From the NCBI GenBank assembly GCA_046598045.1, contig JBKJJJ010000087.1:1-37964 (forward strand): 37,964 nucleotides of DNA, written 5' to 3'. The notes under the pieces are model-generated. The model had not been told where the DNA came from. It saw only the letters and a list, made by a program, of their open reading frames with translations, and ran no database searches. Below, in pieces: positions 1 through 13,518 of the stretch. The translations under genes were made by a program, and so were the position numbers. How positions within the stretch are numbered: the stretch's first letter is position 1; each line of letters opens with the position of its first letter. The DNA comes from Candidatus Eiseniibacteriota bacterium (GTDB lineage: Bacteria; Eisenbacteria; RBG-16-71-46; DASYSL01).

Positions 1-606
1 CGGCAACCGCGAAGTGGACGCGCATTCCGCCCACGCCCGAGTCGGCCTCGGCGCGAACGGTGGCGTCGCGGAATCCGTCCTTCCGGTATTCGGCGAGAAT
101 CGAGTCCCGGGACGCGCCCAGGAGTGCATTGCGCCAGGAGTCACCGGGCTGAAATCCCAGGTGCTTGCCGAGGTCCTCCGCCTTGTGGTGCGAGAGGCCG
201 GTGTAGTCGATGGCAAGGACCTTCGGGCGCTCCGCCACGTGAAGGTCGAGGCGGATGCCCCGGGCGTCCGTGCGGCCATCGACCGACAGGTCGTCGAACA
301 GCCCCGTCGCCCACAGCCGCCTCAAGCCCGCCTGGATCGCGCGCGGGTCGTAGTCGGCGCCCGGCTGGACGTCGAACACGCGCAGCACGCGCACCGAATC
401 GACTTGGGAGCGGCCCCGGACCGTCACGTCGACGATCCTGGGCATCAGGACCGGCGCCGTTGCGGGAGCCGCGGGAACTGGAACCGGGGTCACCGGTCCC
501 TGGGCGCCGGCGCGCGCCGGGTACAACGTCGCCCCGGCCCCGAGCATCAGGGCCAGGGCGACAGCCTGGCGGGAAAACGTCACAGCCAACCGCGGGCGGC
601 GTTGCG

Positions 607-610
<4 letters not shown>
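1..610 (-). CDS. bamA: Outer membrane protein assembly factor BamA, N-terminal part (signal peptide plus POTRA domains), runs off the window edge
   Basis: Not in the ORF track; translated by hand from GTG at 610, which overlaps the clpC stop (GTGA): MTQRRPRLAVTFSRQAVALALMLGAGATLYPARAGAQ...PRIVDVTVRGRSQVDSVRVLRVFDVQPGADYDPRAIQAGLRRLWATGLFDDLSV. The LWATGLFDD and later YRKDGF segments are POTRA-like. Lies near lolCDE. Confidence 0.75.
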
Positions 611-3066
<2,456 letters not shown>

Positions 3067-3088
3067 GGCCTTCGCCTCCCCGCGGGTC

Positions 3089-4177
3089 CTACCCGCGCGA
3101 GCCTTCGCCGGTTTCGTAATTCGCTTGTTCGAGATGCGACCGCACCAGGTCCGCCCGCAGGACGTTCCGTTCCGGTGCGTCGAGATCCGTGCCGGCGCGC
3201 CGCGTGAGGTGCGCCGGTTGCGTCAACACCAACAGTTCGTTCAGCGCGCGCAGCGGCGGCAGCCCGGCGAAGCCGAGCGCCACCCCGAGCCGGATCGCCG
3301 AGCACAGGTTGATGACCTCCTCGGAGGTCATGCTCCGCCCATGGCGCAGGCTCCCGTACGCGCGCCACACCTTGTCCTCGATCTGCCCCTTCGCGTCGCG
3401 CATCAGCACGTCGCGCGCCCGCTCCTCGTAATCGAGGATCTGGCGCGAAACGCGGTCGAGGCTCTCGACGCTTTCCTGCTCGCTGTGTCCGAGCGTGGTC
3501 TGGTTCGAGATCTGGAACAGGTTGCCCATCACCTGCGAGCCTTCGCCGTAGAGGCCGCGCACGGCGAGGCCGACCTGCACGATGCTCTTGAGCACCTTGT
3601 CGATCTGCTTGGTCAGCACGAGCGCGGGCAGGTGCATCAGGATCGACGCGCGCATGCCCGTGCCCACGTTCGTCGGGCACGCCGTGAGGTAGCCCAGTTC
3701 GTCGCTGAACGCGTATTCGAGCGCGCCTTCGATCTCCTCGTCGGCGCGCTGGGCCATCGTCCAGGCCTCGGCGAGCTGAAAGCCCGAGCACAGGGACTGG
3801 AGGCGCAGGTGGTCCTCCTCGTTGACCATGACCGACAGCCGCTCGCCCGGGGCGACGAACAGCCCGCGCGGGCGCGCGCCATCCGACAACTCGTGCGAGA
3901 CGAGGTGACGTTCGACCAGGAACCGGCGGTCGATCGGGGTCAACTCGTGCATCTTGAGCAGGCCGCCCCGCTGGAACGACGGCGCGGCCTCGGCGGCGCG
4001 CTCGACCGAGCCCAGCACGGAGACGAGCTGCTCGTCGCGCGCGCGGTGCGTGAACGGCACGCCGACCAGGTTGCGCGCCAGCCGGACGCGGGTCGACAGC
4101 ACCATGTCCGCGTGCGGACCGGAGGCGTCGAGCCACGGGCTGGGCTCCCTCGTCAGCTGGTCGAGATCCATGTCCAT
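3089..4177 (-). CDS. mcsB: Protein arginine kinase McsB
   Basis: STRVRLARN, NEEDHLR and LTACPTNVGTG phosphagen-kinase motifs. Start moved to ATG 4177 (MDMDLDQ), which has GGAGG upstream. Confidence 0.95.
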   Translation of the reverse strand: MDMDLDQLTREPSPWLDASGPHADMVLSTRVRLARNLVGVPFTHRARDEQLVSVLGSVERAAEAAPSFQRGGLLKMHELTPIDRRFLVERHLVSHELSDGARPRGLFVAPGERLSVMVNEEDHLRLQSLCSGFQLAEAWTMAQRADEEIEGALEYAFSDELGYLTACPTNVGTGMRASILMHLPALVLTKQIDKVLKSIVQVGLAVRGLYGEGSQVMGNLFQISNQTTLGHSEQESVESLDRVSRQILDYEERARDVLMRDAKGQIEDKVWRAYGSLRHGRSMTSEEVINLCSAIRLGVALGFAGLPPLRALNELLVLTQPAHLTRRAGTDLDAPERNVLRADLVRSHLEQANYETGEGSRG

Positions 4178-4199
4178 CGTCCTCCGTCCATGGCGCCGG

Positions 4200-4712
4200 T
4201 CAGGCGCTGGCCTCGCGCTCGAGCGTCTTGATGCGGTCTCGAATCTCGGCCGCGAGCTCGAACTCCTCGCGCTCCACGGCGCGCTGGAGCTCGTCGTGCA
4301 GGCGCTGGACCTGTCGTTGCGGAGTGAGGACGGCGCCGTCGTGGGCCGGCAGCTTGCCGACGTGGCGCGTCGAGCCGTGAATGCGCCGCAGCAGCGGCTT
4401 GAGCTTGGCCCCAAACGCGGCATAGCACTCGGCGCAGCCCAGGCGACCGGTCTCGCGGAATGTCGAATAGTGCATGCCGCAGCTCGGGCACTGCACCGGG
4501 CCGACGCGCTCCTCCTCGGTGGTCGACATGCCGTCGACCATGTTGGCGAGCAGCTCCCCGATCGAGAACTTCGGGCTGGCCGGCACCGAGGCGAGCCCCT
4601 TCTCCTGGGCGCACGCCTGGCACAGGTGCAACTCGGTCATCCGGTTATCCTGGATTTCCGTCAGATGCACCGTGGCCGGGTTCTTCTGGCAGTTCTGACA
4701 CGGCTTGGTCAT
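4200..4712 (-). CDS. mcsA: McsA, Zn-finger/UVR-domain activator of McsB
   Basis: Four CxxC motifs (CQNC, CQAC, CPSC, CAEC), C-terminal EEFELAAEIRDRI UVR motif; directly upstream of mcsB. Confidence 0.93.
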   Translation of the reverse strand: MTKPCQNCQKNPATVHLTEIQDNRMTELHLCQACAQEKGLASVPASPKFSIGELLANMVDGMSTTEEERVGPVQCPSCGMHYSTFRETGRLGCAECYAAFGAKLKPLLRRIHGSTRHVGKLPAHDGAVLTPQRQVQRLHDELQRAVEREEFELAAEIRDRIKTLEREASA

Positions 4713-4751
4713 GAGCGGTCTCCCTCCGCGAAGACCCCGGGGCCCACCAGC

Positions 4752-5435
4752 TCACCCCTCGTGCCGGTAGGTCCTTCCTGCGTCCAAAATTAGCACGCTC
4801 CCGGCGATAGCGGCCAGCCTTTCATTGTGGGTCGCAACCAGCACCGCGGGACCGCTTTGCGCCACCTCCGCCAGGAGGGCATGGAGCTGGTCGGCGTTCG
4901 CCCGGTCGAGGTTGCCCGAGGGCTCGTCGGCGAGCACGAGGCTCGGCCGGTTGACGAGCGCGCGCGCCACCGCCACGCGCTGCGCCTCGCCGCCGGACAA
5001 TTCGCCGGGCAGGTGCGCTCCCCGCCCCGTCAGGCCGACGCGGGCGAGCGCCTCCTCGGCGTCCCTTTTGACCTCGGCGTCCGGCCGCCGCGCGAGCCAG
5101 CCGGGCATCATCACGTTCTCGAGCGCGCTGAACTCGGGGAGGAGGTGATGGAACTGGAACACGAAGCCCATCGTGCGCGAGCGGAAGCGCGCCAGCTCGG
5201 GGCCGTCGAACGCGAACAGGTCCCGCCCGGCGATGCGCACGACGCCCGCGTCGGGGCGATCGAGGCTGCCCACGCAATGGAGCAGGGTGCTCTTCCCCGC
5301 GCCCGAGACGCCGAGCAGCGCCGTGAGCGTGCCGGGCTCGAGTGCGAGATCGACGCCCGCAAGCACCTCGAGCGGGCCTGCGGGCGCCCGGTACGACTTG
5401 CGCAAGCCCTGGACCTCGAGCGCCGGGATCGCCAT
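4752..5435 (-). CDS. lolD: Lipoprotein-releasing ABC transporter ATP-binding protein LolD
   Basis: GVSGAGKST, GFVFQFHHLLPEFSALENV, LSGGEAQRVA, LADEPSGNLD; coupled to the LolC/E gene. Start is 5435 or GTG 5438. Confidence 0.9.
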   Translation of the reverse strand: MAIPALEVQGLRKSYRAPAGPLEVLAGVDLALEPGTLTALLGVSGAGKSTLLHCVGSLDRPDAGVVRIAGRDLFAFDGPELARFRSRTMGFVFQFHHLLPEFSALENVMMPGWLARRPDAEVKRDAEEALARVGLTGRGAHLPGELSGGEAQRVAVARALVNRPSLVLADEPSGNLDRANADQLHALLAEVAQSGPAVLVATHNERLAAIAGSVLILDAGRTYRHEG

Positions 5436-6663
5436 CACGCCTTCCTCAGCGACTCGGCCGGGAGCTGGCGCGACGCGTACCATGCCGGGTAACCGGCCGC
5501 GACCAGGCAGAGCAGGAGCGTGACCAGCACGACCAGCACCACGTCGCCCGACTCGACCTTCACCGGCAGCGTCGACAGGAAGTAGACGTCGCTCGGGATC
5601 GAGATGAAGTGCCAGCGCGCGAGGGCGGCGCAGGCGGACAGGCCGAGCGCCGTGCCGAGCGCCGCGCCGATCGCACCGATGCCGAGCCCGGCCGTGAGGA
5701 ACACGCCGAGCACGTCCCCCTGGCTCGCCCCCATCGCGAGCAGCGCGCCGACGTCGTGACGCTTCTCCATCGCGAGCAGGATCAGCGTGCTCACGATGTT
5801 GAGCGCAGCCACGAGCACGATCAGCGCGAGGATCACGAACATCGTCGCCTTCTCGATCTTCATGAAGCGGAAGAGGTTCGCGTTCTGCTCCACCCAGTCG
5901 CTCGTGCGGTACGGGTAACCGCCCAGGTCCTTGAGCAGCGCGCGCGCGAACCGCGGCGCCTGGAAGAGGTCGACGATCTTGAGCTGGACCCCGGTCATGC
6001 CGGGAATGTCGAACAGGTCCTGCGCCGAGGCGATCGAGACGTAGGCGAGCGAGGAGTCGTACTCGTAGAGCCCCGACTGGAAGATGCCCGCCACGCGAAA
6101 CGGCTTGAGGCGCGGCAGGAGACCGAGCGGCGACTGCACCGCCCCATGGAGCGTGGCCAGCACGACGCGCTCGCCGACCCGGGCCCTCAGGCGGGCCGCG
6201 ATCTCGGCGCCGAGCACGATGCCGGGCAGGCCGTCGGCGCTGGAATCGGGGATGACCTCGAGCGCGGGCGTGATGTCGCGCGCCACGGTCGTGACCGTGC
6301 GCTCCTGCCTGAGGTCGACGCCCTTGACGATGATGCCGTCGGCCACGCCTTCGCGCGTGATCAGCGCCTTCGAGTAGACGAACGGCGCGACCCCGAGCAC
6401 GCCGGGGCGCGCCCTGAGGCGCGGCAGCACGCGCGTGGTGTCGGCGATGCCTTTCTCGTCGAACGAAAGCAGGAGCACGTGCGCGTTCGTGCCGGCGATG
6501 CGGCTCCTGACCTCGCTCTCGAAGCCGTTCATGACCGCGGGCACGACGATCAGCGCGGCCACGCCGATGGTCACGCCGACGATCGAGATCCAGGCCAGTA
6601 ACGTGATGAAGCCGGTGGTTCGCCGGGTCCGCAGGTAGCGGCCGGCGATGCGCAGCGAGACGT

Positions 6664-6667
<4 letters not shown>
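5435..6667 (-). CDS. Lipoprotein-releasing ABC transporter permease, LolC/LolE family
   Basis: IGVAALIVVPAVMNGFE, IVLVAALNIVSTL and YPAWYASR motifs with FtsX-type topology; next to lolD. Confidence 0.9.
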
Positions 6668-8211
<1,544 letters not shown>

Positions 8212-8236
8212 GCGCTGTTCCTTTCCTGGATCCCCA

Positions 8237-9667
8237 TTACCGCTGCCCGACGGTGGGTCCCCACAGGCGGGGTCCCTCGAGCGAGAGCTTCGCGGCGGTC
8301 GGCTCCGGCGCGATCGGGTACTTGCCGCTGAAGCAGGCGTCGCACCATGCGTCCTGTTGTGTTTCGCAGGCCTTCATCCCCGCTTCCGAGAGGTAGCCGA
8401 CGCTGTCCACGTCGAGAAACGCGCGGATCTCCGCCAGCGAGAGCCGCGCGCCGATGAGTTCGCCCCGGCTCGGGGTGTCGATGCCATAGAAGCACGGAAA
8501 CGCCACCGGCGGCGAGCCGACACGAAAGTGCACCTCGCGCGCGCCGGCCTTGCGCACGAGCGCGACCAGCTTGCGGCTGGTGGTCCCGCGCACGATCGAG
8601 TCGTCGACCATCACGACGCGCTTGCCGGTGAGCGCGGCCTCGACCGCGTTGAACTTGACGCGCACGGAGTGGTCGCGCACCGCCTGCGTCGGGTGGATGA
8701 ACGTCCGCCCGACGTAATGATTGCGGATCAGGCCGAGCTCGTATGGTAGCCCCGAGCGCCCCGAGAACCCGAGCGCGATCGAGTTCGACGAGTCCGGCAC
8801 CGAGATCACGATGTCGGCGTCGGCCGGCTGCTCCTCGGCGAGGCGCTGACCGAGTCGCCGGCGCACGCGGTCGACGGTCTCACCGAACACCACCGAGTCG
8901 GGCCGCGAGAAGTAGACGTGCTCGAAGATGCACTGCTTGAGCGCGCCCGCGGGCAGGAGCTGGCGCGCCGTCAAGCCGCGCGAGTCGAGGCGCACGAGCT
9001 CGCCCGGAAGGACCTCGCGCAGCATGGTCGCGCCCAAAAGATCGAGCGCGCAGCTCTCCGAGGCGAGCACGTGCGCGCCGGACTCGAGTCGCCCGATCAC
9101 CAGCGGACGCCAGCCGTTCGGATCGCGCACGCCGTAGACTGCGCGCGGCGTCATCAGGACCAGCGCGTACGCGCCCTGGGCCTCGCGGCACGCCGCTCCG
9201 AGCCGCTCCTCGAAGTCGCCCTCGGCCTGCGCCATGAGGTGGAGGAAGACCTCGGTGTCGAGGCTGGTCTGGAACAGCGACCCGGCCTCCTCGAGCCGGC
9301 GCCGAATCGCGCCCGCGTTGACGAGGTTGCCGTTGTGCGCGATCGCGACGTCCTCGCCGCGGATGCTCGCGGTGAGCGGTTGCGCGTTCGTCAGGTTGAG
9401 CCCGCCGGTCGTCGAGTAACGGTTGTGCCCCACCGCCTGGCGGCCGGGAAGTCGCCCGAGGCGCTCCGGCGTCATCACGTCGGCGACGAGTCCGATCCCC
9501 TTCTCGACGAAGAAGCGTCCGTCGTGCGCGCTCACGATGCCGCACGACTCCTGGCCGCGGTGCTGCAGCGCGTAGAGCCCGAGTTGCGTCAGCTCGCTCG
9601 CGCGATCGGCGCCGAACAGGCCGAACACCGCGCATTCCTCACGCCACTCCGCCATCGCCCCCTCCAT
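8237..9667 (-). CDS. purF: Amidophosphoribosyltransferase (Fe-S, propeptide type)
   Basis: REECAVFG N-terminal nucleophile Cys, LQHRGQE, HNGNLVN, VDDSIVRGTT, Fe-S cysteines (CIFEH, PCFYGID, CDACFSG). Start may be ATG 9655. Confidence 0.96.
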   Translation of the reverse strand: MEGAMAEWREECAVFGLFGADRASELTQLGLYALQHRGQESCGIVSAHDGRFFVEKGIGLVADVMTPERLGRLPGRQAVGHNRYSTTGGLNLTNAQPLTASIRGEDVAIAHNGNLVNAGAIRRRLEEAGSLFQTSLDTEVFLHLMAQAEGDFEERLGAACREAQGAYALVLMTPRAVYGVRDPNGWRPLVIGRLESGAHVLASESCALDLLGATMLREVLPGELVRLDSRGLTARQLLPAGALKQCIFEHVYFSRPDSVVFGETVDRVRRRLGQRLAEEQPADADIVISVPDSSNSIALGFSGRSGLPYELGLIRNHYVGRTFIHPTQAVRDHSVRVKFNAVEAALTGKRVVMVDDSIVRGTTSRKLVALVRKAGAREVHFRVGSPPVAFPCFYGIDTPSRGELIGARLSLAEIRAFLDVDSVGYLSEAGMKACETQQDAWCDACFSGKYPIAPEPTAAKLSLEGPRLWGPTVGQR

Positions 9668-10235
9668 GATCCACTTTGGCCCCGACCTGTCCGTTGACCT
9701 CGGGCAGCGCGGGACAAGCCCACGTGCCGACCAGCACCACCGCGTCCTGCGACTCCGGGTTGACCAGCAGCCCGCTCGATCGCCGGCGCGCCCAGGCCGC
9801 GCGCTCGGCGAGCGCGGGCACGTCCGCCGCCCGGTCCTCGGGCCAGATCAGCGTCCACACCGTGCCGCGCCGCACGCGCCAGCTCCCGCCCAGCGCATGG
9901 CCGAGCGTCAGCGCGTGCGCGCGGCTGTCGGCGCTACCGCGCTCGATGGTCACCACCGAGGCCACGGACGAACCCGGGACCGGCGCCACGCCTTCGAGCA
10001 GGACGCCGCGATCGCGGTTCGGGTTGAGGAACAGGTTCGAGGCGCGCATCCAGGTCTCGAAACGTGCGGCCGCATCCTCGTCCGCGCCCGACACCTCGAG
10101 CTCCCACAGGTCCGCCCGGCCCACCCGCACCGGCGCGTCGCGCCCGAGCAGGAGCTGCAGGGTGTGGCCCGCGGTGGACGCCGCGGGATCGACCGCCTGA
10201 CGTTCCACCCAGAGTTGGATCCAGTCCGCGCTCAT
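9639..10235 (-). CDS. Tandem PurS-like protein (two PurS-type repeats in about 198 aa)
   Basis: ATG 10235 overlaps the purQ stop (ATGA). Repeat 1: VDPAASTAGHTLQLLLG...VRVGRADLWELEV...LFLNPNRD. Repeat 2: ...VRRGTVWTLIW...LLVNPESQ. Both resemble the PurS pattern DP...VR.GK..EL...LLANP. Sits between purQ and purF. Confidence 0.65.
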   Translation of the reverse strand: MSADWIQLWVERQAVDPAASTAGHTLQLLLGRDAPVRVGRADLWELEVSGADEDAAARFETWMRASNLFLNPNRDRGVLLEGVAPVPGSSVASVVTIERGSADSRAHALTLGHALGGSWRVRRGTVWTLIWPEDRAADVPALAERAAWARRRSSGLLVNPESQDAVVLVGTWACPALPEVNGQVGAKVDHGGGDGGVA

Positions 10236-11086
10236 CCTACCTCCGCCGGGGCGCGCACGCCGAGGCTCCACGCCAACGAGAGAAACAATCCGTGCCCCGG
10301 GCCGGGACGGACGAAGGCGTCGGCGTCGCCCTGCGCGCGCCGGCGGCGGTCGCCCCACGGACCCGCGAAGTCGGGCGGCACCTGGAACATGCGGTCGGCA
10401 CGCTCCGGGTGCGGCATGAGCGCGAGCACGTTGCCGCGCGCGTTGGTTACGCCGGCAGCGTTCGCCTCCGACCCGTTCGGGTTGTCCGGCCAGCCACGCG
10501 CCGGGCCGTCGCCCACCTGTGCCGCATACGCGAGCGGCACCTGGCCGCGCGCCGCCAGGGAAGTCAGGCCCGCCGGGTCGCGCGCCGTGAACCGGCCCTC
10601 GCCGTGCGCCATCGGCATCGGGATGCGCTCGCCCGGCGCGTAGGCCTCGGTCCACAAGGATTCGCCGCGCACCTCGAGCATGACCCAGCGCGCATGATAA
10701 CCGCGCGCGGCCCCGAGGTGGTTCCCCGCGAGCGCGAGCGTGATCCGATCGTCGCCGGGCGCGCCCCCGGGCACGAGTCCCGCCTCGACCAGGATCTGCG
10801 CGCCGTTGCAGATGCCGAGCACGGGCGTACCGCGGTCGGCCGCGGCCGCGATCACAGAGAGCCGCGGGTCCTTCGCCGCGACCGCGCCCGCGCGCACGCG
10901 GTCCTGGTAGGAGAAACCGCCCGGAAGCACGTACGCCTCGTAGCCTTCGAGGGAGGACAGCGGCTCGTCCCACGCCACCGCCACGGCGTTCAACCCCGCG
11001 GCTGCGAGCGCGCGCGCGGTCTCGTCCTCGCAGTTCATGCCGGGAAGGCGCACGACCGCGACCCTGGGCACGGCGCGGCCGATCAC
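10232..11086 (-). CDS. purQ: FGAM synthase glutaminase subunit PurQ
   Basis: PGMNCEDE, LPGGFSYQD, LGICNG, AHGEGRF, MPHPER; GTG start overlaps the purL stop. Confidence 0.94.
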   Translation of the reverse strand: MIGRAVPRVAVVRLPGMNCEDETARALAAAGLNAVAVAWDEPLSSLEGYEAYVLPGGFSYQDRVRAGAVAAKDPRLSVIAAAADRGTPVLGICNGAQILVEAGLVPGGAPGDDRITLALAGNHLGAARGYHARWVMLEVRGESLWTEAYAPGERIPMPMAHGEGRFTARDPAGLTSLAARGQVPLAYAAQVGDGPARGWPDNPNGSEANAAGVTNARGNVLALMPHPERADRMFQVPPDFAGPWGDRRRRAQGDADAFVRPGPGHGLFLSLAWSLGVRAPAEVG

Positions 11087-13518
11087 GCGGGCGCCTCCTC
11101 GTTGACCACGAATGCGGCCGCGAGCGCGTCGGACCAGCGGGCGTGGAACGACGCCCGATCGAGTTCGACAACCGGGCCACCGGCTTCGCCGCCCCGCAGG
11201 CGCAGCGTGCCGCCCGTCACCTCGCCGAGCGGGCGCGCCGCGACGCCCGCGTCGAGCAGCATCGCGAGCACGGCCGGGGCATCGTCCCCCGCGACCTCGA
11301 GCACGAACGCGGGCTCCTCGCTGAACCACGCGAGCCCTGATGCCGTGCCTGGGGCGGCGGCCGGGCACGCCACGTCGAACCCGAGGCCGGGCCCCGAGGC
11401 GAAGGACATCTCGAGCAGGGCCTGGAGCACTCCCCCGTCCGACACGTCGTGGCACGCGCGCACGCGCCCGGCCGCAACGAGCCACAGCAGCGCCGCGAGC
11501 GCCTGCCGATCGTCGAGGGTCGGGCCCGGTGGCACCGTCCCGCCCGAGAGGCCGTGGCGCTCCGCATAGAGCGAGCCCCCGAGCGCGCCGCGCGGGCGGT
11601 CGCCCAACAGGAACAGGCGACCGCGCCCGTCCTTGAGGCCCGGCGTGAGCGCGCGCGAAACGTCCGGGAGGCGCCCGAGGCAGGCGACGATCGGCGACGG
11701 CGGCACCGCGCTGCCGCCCTGGTCCTCGTTGTACAGGCTGACGTTGCCGCTGACGAACGGCAGCGGCGGCAACGCGCCCGTGGTGCGCGCCAGATAGGGA
11801 GCGAGCGCCTCGCCCGGCGCGGGCTCGGGCAGCGTCCCGAGCATGCGCGCGGCGGCGGAAAGGCCCGCGATCCCGGCGGTCAACTCGCCCATGACCACCG
11901 GGTCCTCAGGACGTCCGTAGTTCAAGCAATCGGTGAGCGCCCATGGATAAGCCCCCACCGCAGCGACATTTCGCGCCGACTCCCATACCGCGTGCTCGGC
12001 CGCCAGCCGGGCGTCAGCGAGGCCGAGCCGTGGGTTGCCGTCGACCGCGATCGCGAGCCCGAAACGCGCCCCGGGGACCGGGACGAGCACGCCCGCGTCG
12101 GCGTCCCCGCGCGCGATCGCGGTGTGGCCCTGCACCTCGGGGTCGTACCGCCGGTAGAGTGCCGCGCGCGAACACAGCGCAGGCGAGCCCACCGCGGCGA
12201 GCGCCTCGGCCGCGAGATCCTTCGGCGCGGCGACGGGTACCGCGCGGACGCTCGTGGGCGAGCGCAGCGCGACCGCGCGCTCGCGCTTCACGCCCGAGGT
12301 GAGGAACGAGACCGGGCACTCGACCACGACGTCGCCCTGCCAGGTCACGCGGTAGACGCCGTCGGCGCGCGTCCGCCCGATCACCGACGCGCCGGCGCCC
12401 GCGAGGATGTCGCCGAGCCCGAAGCGCTGGTTGTAGATCGCGACCACTTCGTCGCGCACGTCCCACGGCACCGCGAAACAGAAACGCTCCTGCGTCTCGG
12501 CGCACAAGAGCACCTCGGGCGCCAGCGGCTCGGGCACGCGGTGCGCCTGGTCGAGCACGATGTCCGCCCCGACACCGCCGTGGTCCGCGAGTTCGCTGGT
12601 GACGCACGCGATGCCGCCGGCGCCCAGGTCCTTGAAGCCGATCGCCCAGCCGCGCGCGTGCGCGAGGTCGAGCACGGCGCGGTTCGCGACCGTGAGCACG
12701 CGCTTGAGGAACGGATCGGGCAATTGCACTGCGCTCCTCTGGTCGCTCCCGCCCCCGAGCACGCCCGAGGAGAACGCCGCGCCCCCGAACCCGGAACTGT
12801 CGGTCGGCTTGCCCACCAGTACGAACGCATAGTCGCCGGGGCCGGGTACCCGCGAGTGGATCAGGCGGCGCTCCTCGACCACGCCGAGCGCGACCACGTT
12901 GACCAGCACGTTCGCGTCGTAGCGCTCGTGGAACTCGAGATCTCCGCCGAGGTTCGGCACGCCGAGCGCGTTGCCGTAGTCGGCGATCCCGCTCACCACG
13001 CCGTCCAGGATCTCGCGCGCCTTGAGCCCTGTGCCCGCGCGGCCCGTGCCCATGCGCAGCGCATCGAGCACGCCGACCACCTCCGCGCCCATGCAGTACA
13101 CGTCGCGCACGATGCCGCCGACGCCGGTCGCCGCGCCCTCGTAGGGCACGACCTGGCTCGGGTGGTTGTGGCTCTCGTGCGCCAGCACCGCGAGCCAGCG
13201 CACGCCGGCGTGGTCGCCGACCCACACCGCGCCCGCGTCCTCGCCCGGCCCGAGCACGACCTGCGGCGCCTCGGTCGGCAGCTGTCCGAGCAGGTGGCGC
13301 GTCGACTTGTAGGAGCAGTGCTCGCTCCACATCGTGTTCATGATCACGAGTTCGGCCCAGCGGGGCACGCGCCCGAGGCGCTCGACCAGGAGGCCGAGCT
13401 CGTAGGCGTCGAGCCGGATCCCGAGCGGCAGGAGGCGCGCCGCGAGCGCCGCGCGCGCGTCCTCGGTCGCGAAGTCGCCCCCGCCGTAACGGGCGGGCGT
13501 CGGCGCGAGCGCGGTCAT
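11083..13518 (-). CDS. purL: FGAM synthase subunit PurL (small type)
   Basis: MWSEHCSYKS, ESHNHPS, GAATGVGGIVRD, DLGAGG, GNVSLYNE, HDVSDGG; ATG 13518 overlaps the purB stop. Confidence 0.95.
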   Translation of the reverse strand: MTALAPTPARYGGGDFATEDARAALAARLLPLGIRLDAYELGLLVERLGRVPRWAELVIMNTMWSEHCSYKSTRHLLGQLPTEAPQVVLGPGEDAGAVWVGDHAGVRWLAVLAHESHNHPSQVVPYEGAATGVGGIVRDVYCMGAEVVGVLDALRMGTGRAGTGLKAREILDGVVSGIADYGNALGVPNLGGDLEFHERYDANVLVNVVALGVVEERRLIHSRVPGPGDYAFVLVGKPTDSSGFGGAAFSSGVLGGGSDQRSAVQLPDPFLKRVLTVANRAVLDLAHARGWAIGFKDLGAGGIACVTSELADHGGVGADIVLDQAHRVPEPLAPEVLLCAETQERFCFAVPWDVRDEVVAIYNQRFGLGDILAGAGASVIGRTRADGVYRVTWQGDVVVECPVSFLTSGVKRERAVALRSPTSVRAVPVAAPKDLAAEALAAVGSPALCSRAALYRRYDPEVQGHTAIARGDADAGVLVPVPGARFGLAIAVDGNPRLGLADARLAAEHAVWESARNVAAVGAYPWALTDCLNYGRPEDPVVMGELTAGIAGLSAAARMLGTLPEPAPGEALAPYLARTTGALPPLPFVSGNVSLYNEDQGGSAVPPSPIVACLGRLPDVSRALTPGLKDGRGRLFLLGDRPRGALGGSLYAERHGLSGGTVPPGPTLDDRQALAALLWLVAAGRVRACHDVSDGGVLQALLEMSFASGPGLGFDVACPAAAPGTASGLAWFSEEPAFVLEVAGDDAPAVLAMLLDAGVAARPLGEVTGGTLRLRGGEAGGPVVELDRASFHARWSDALAAAFVVNEEAPA

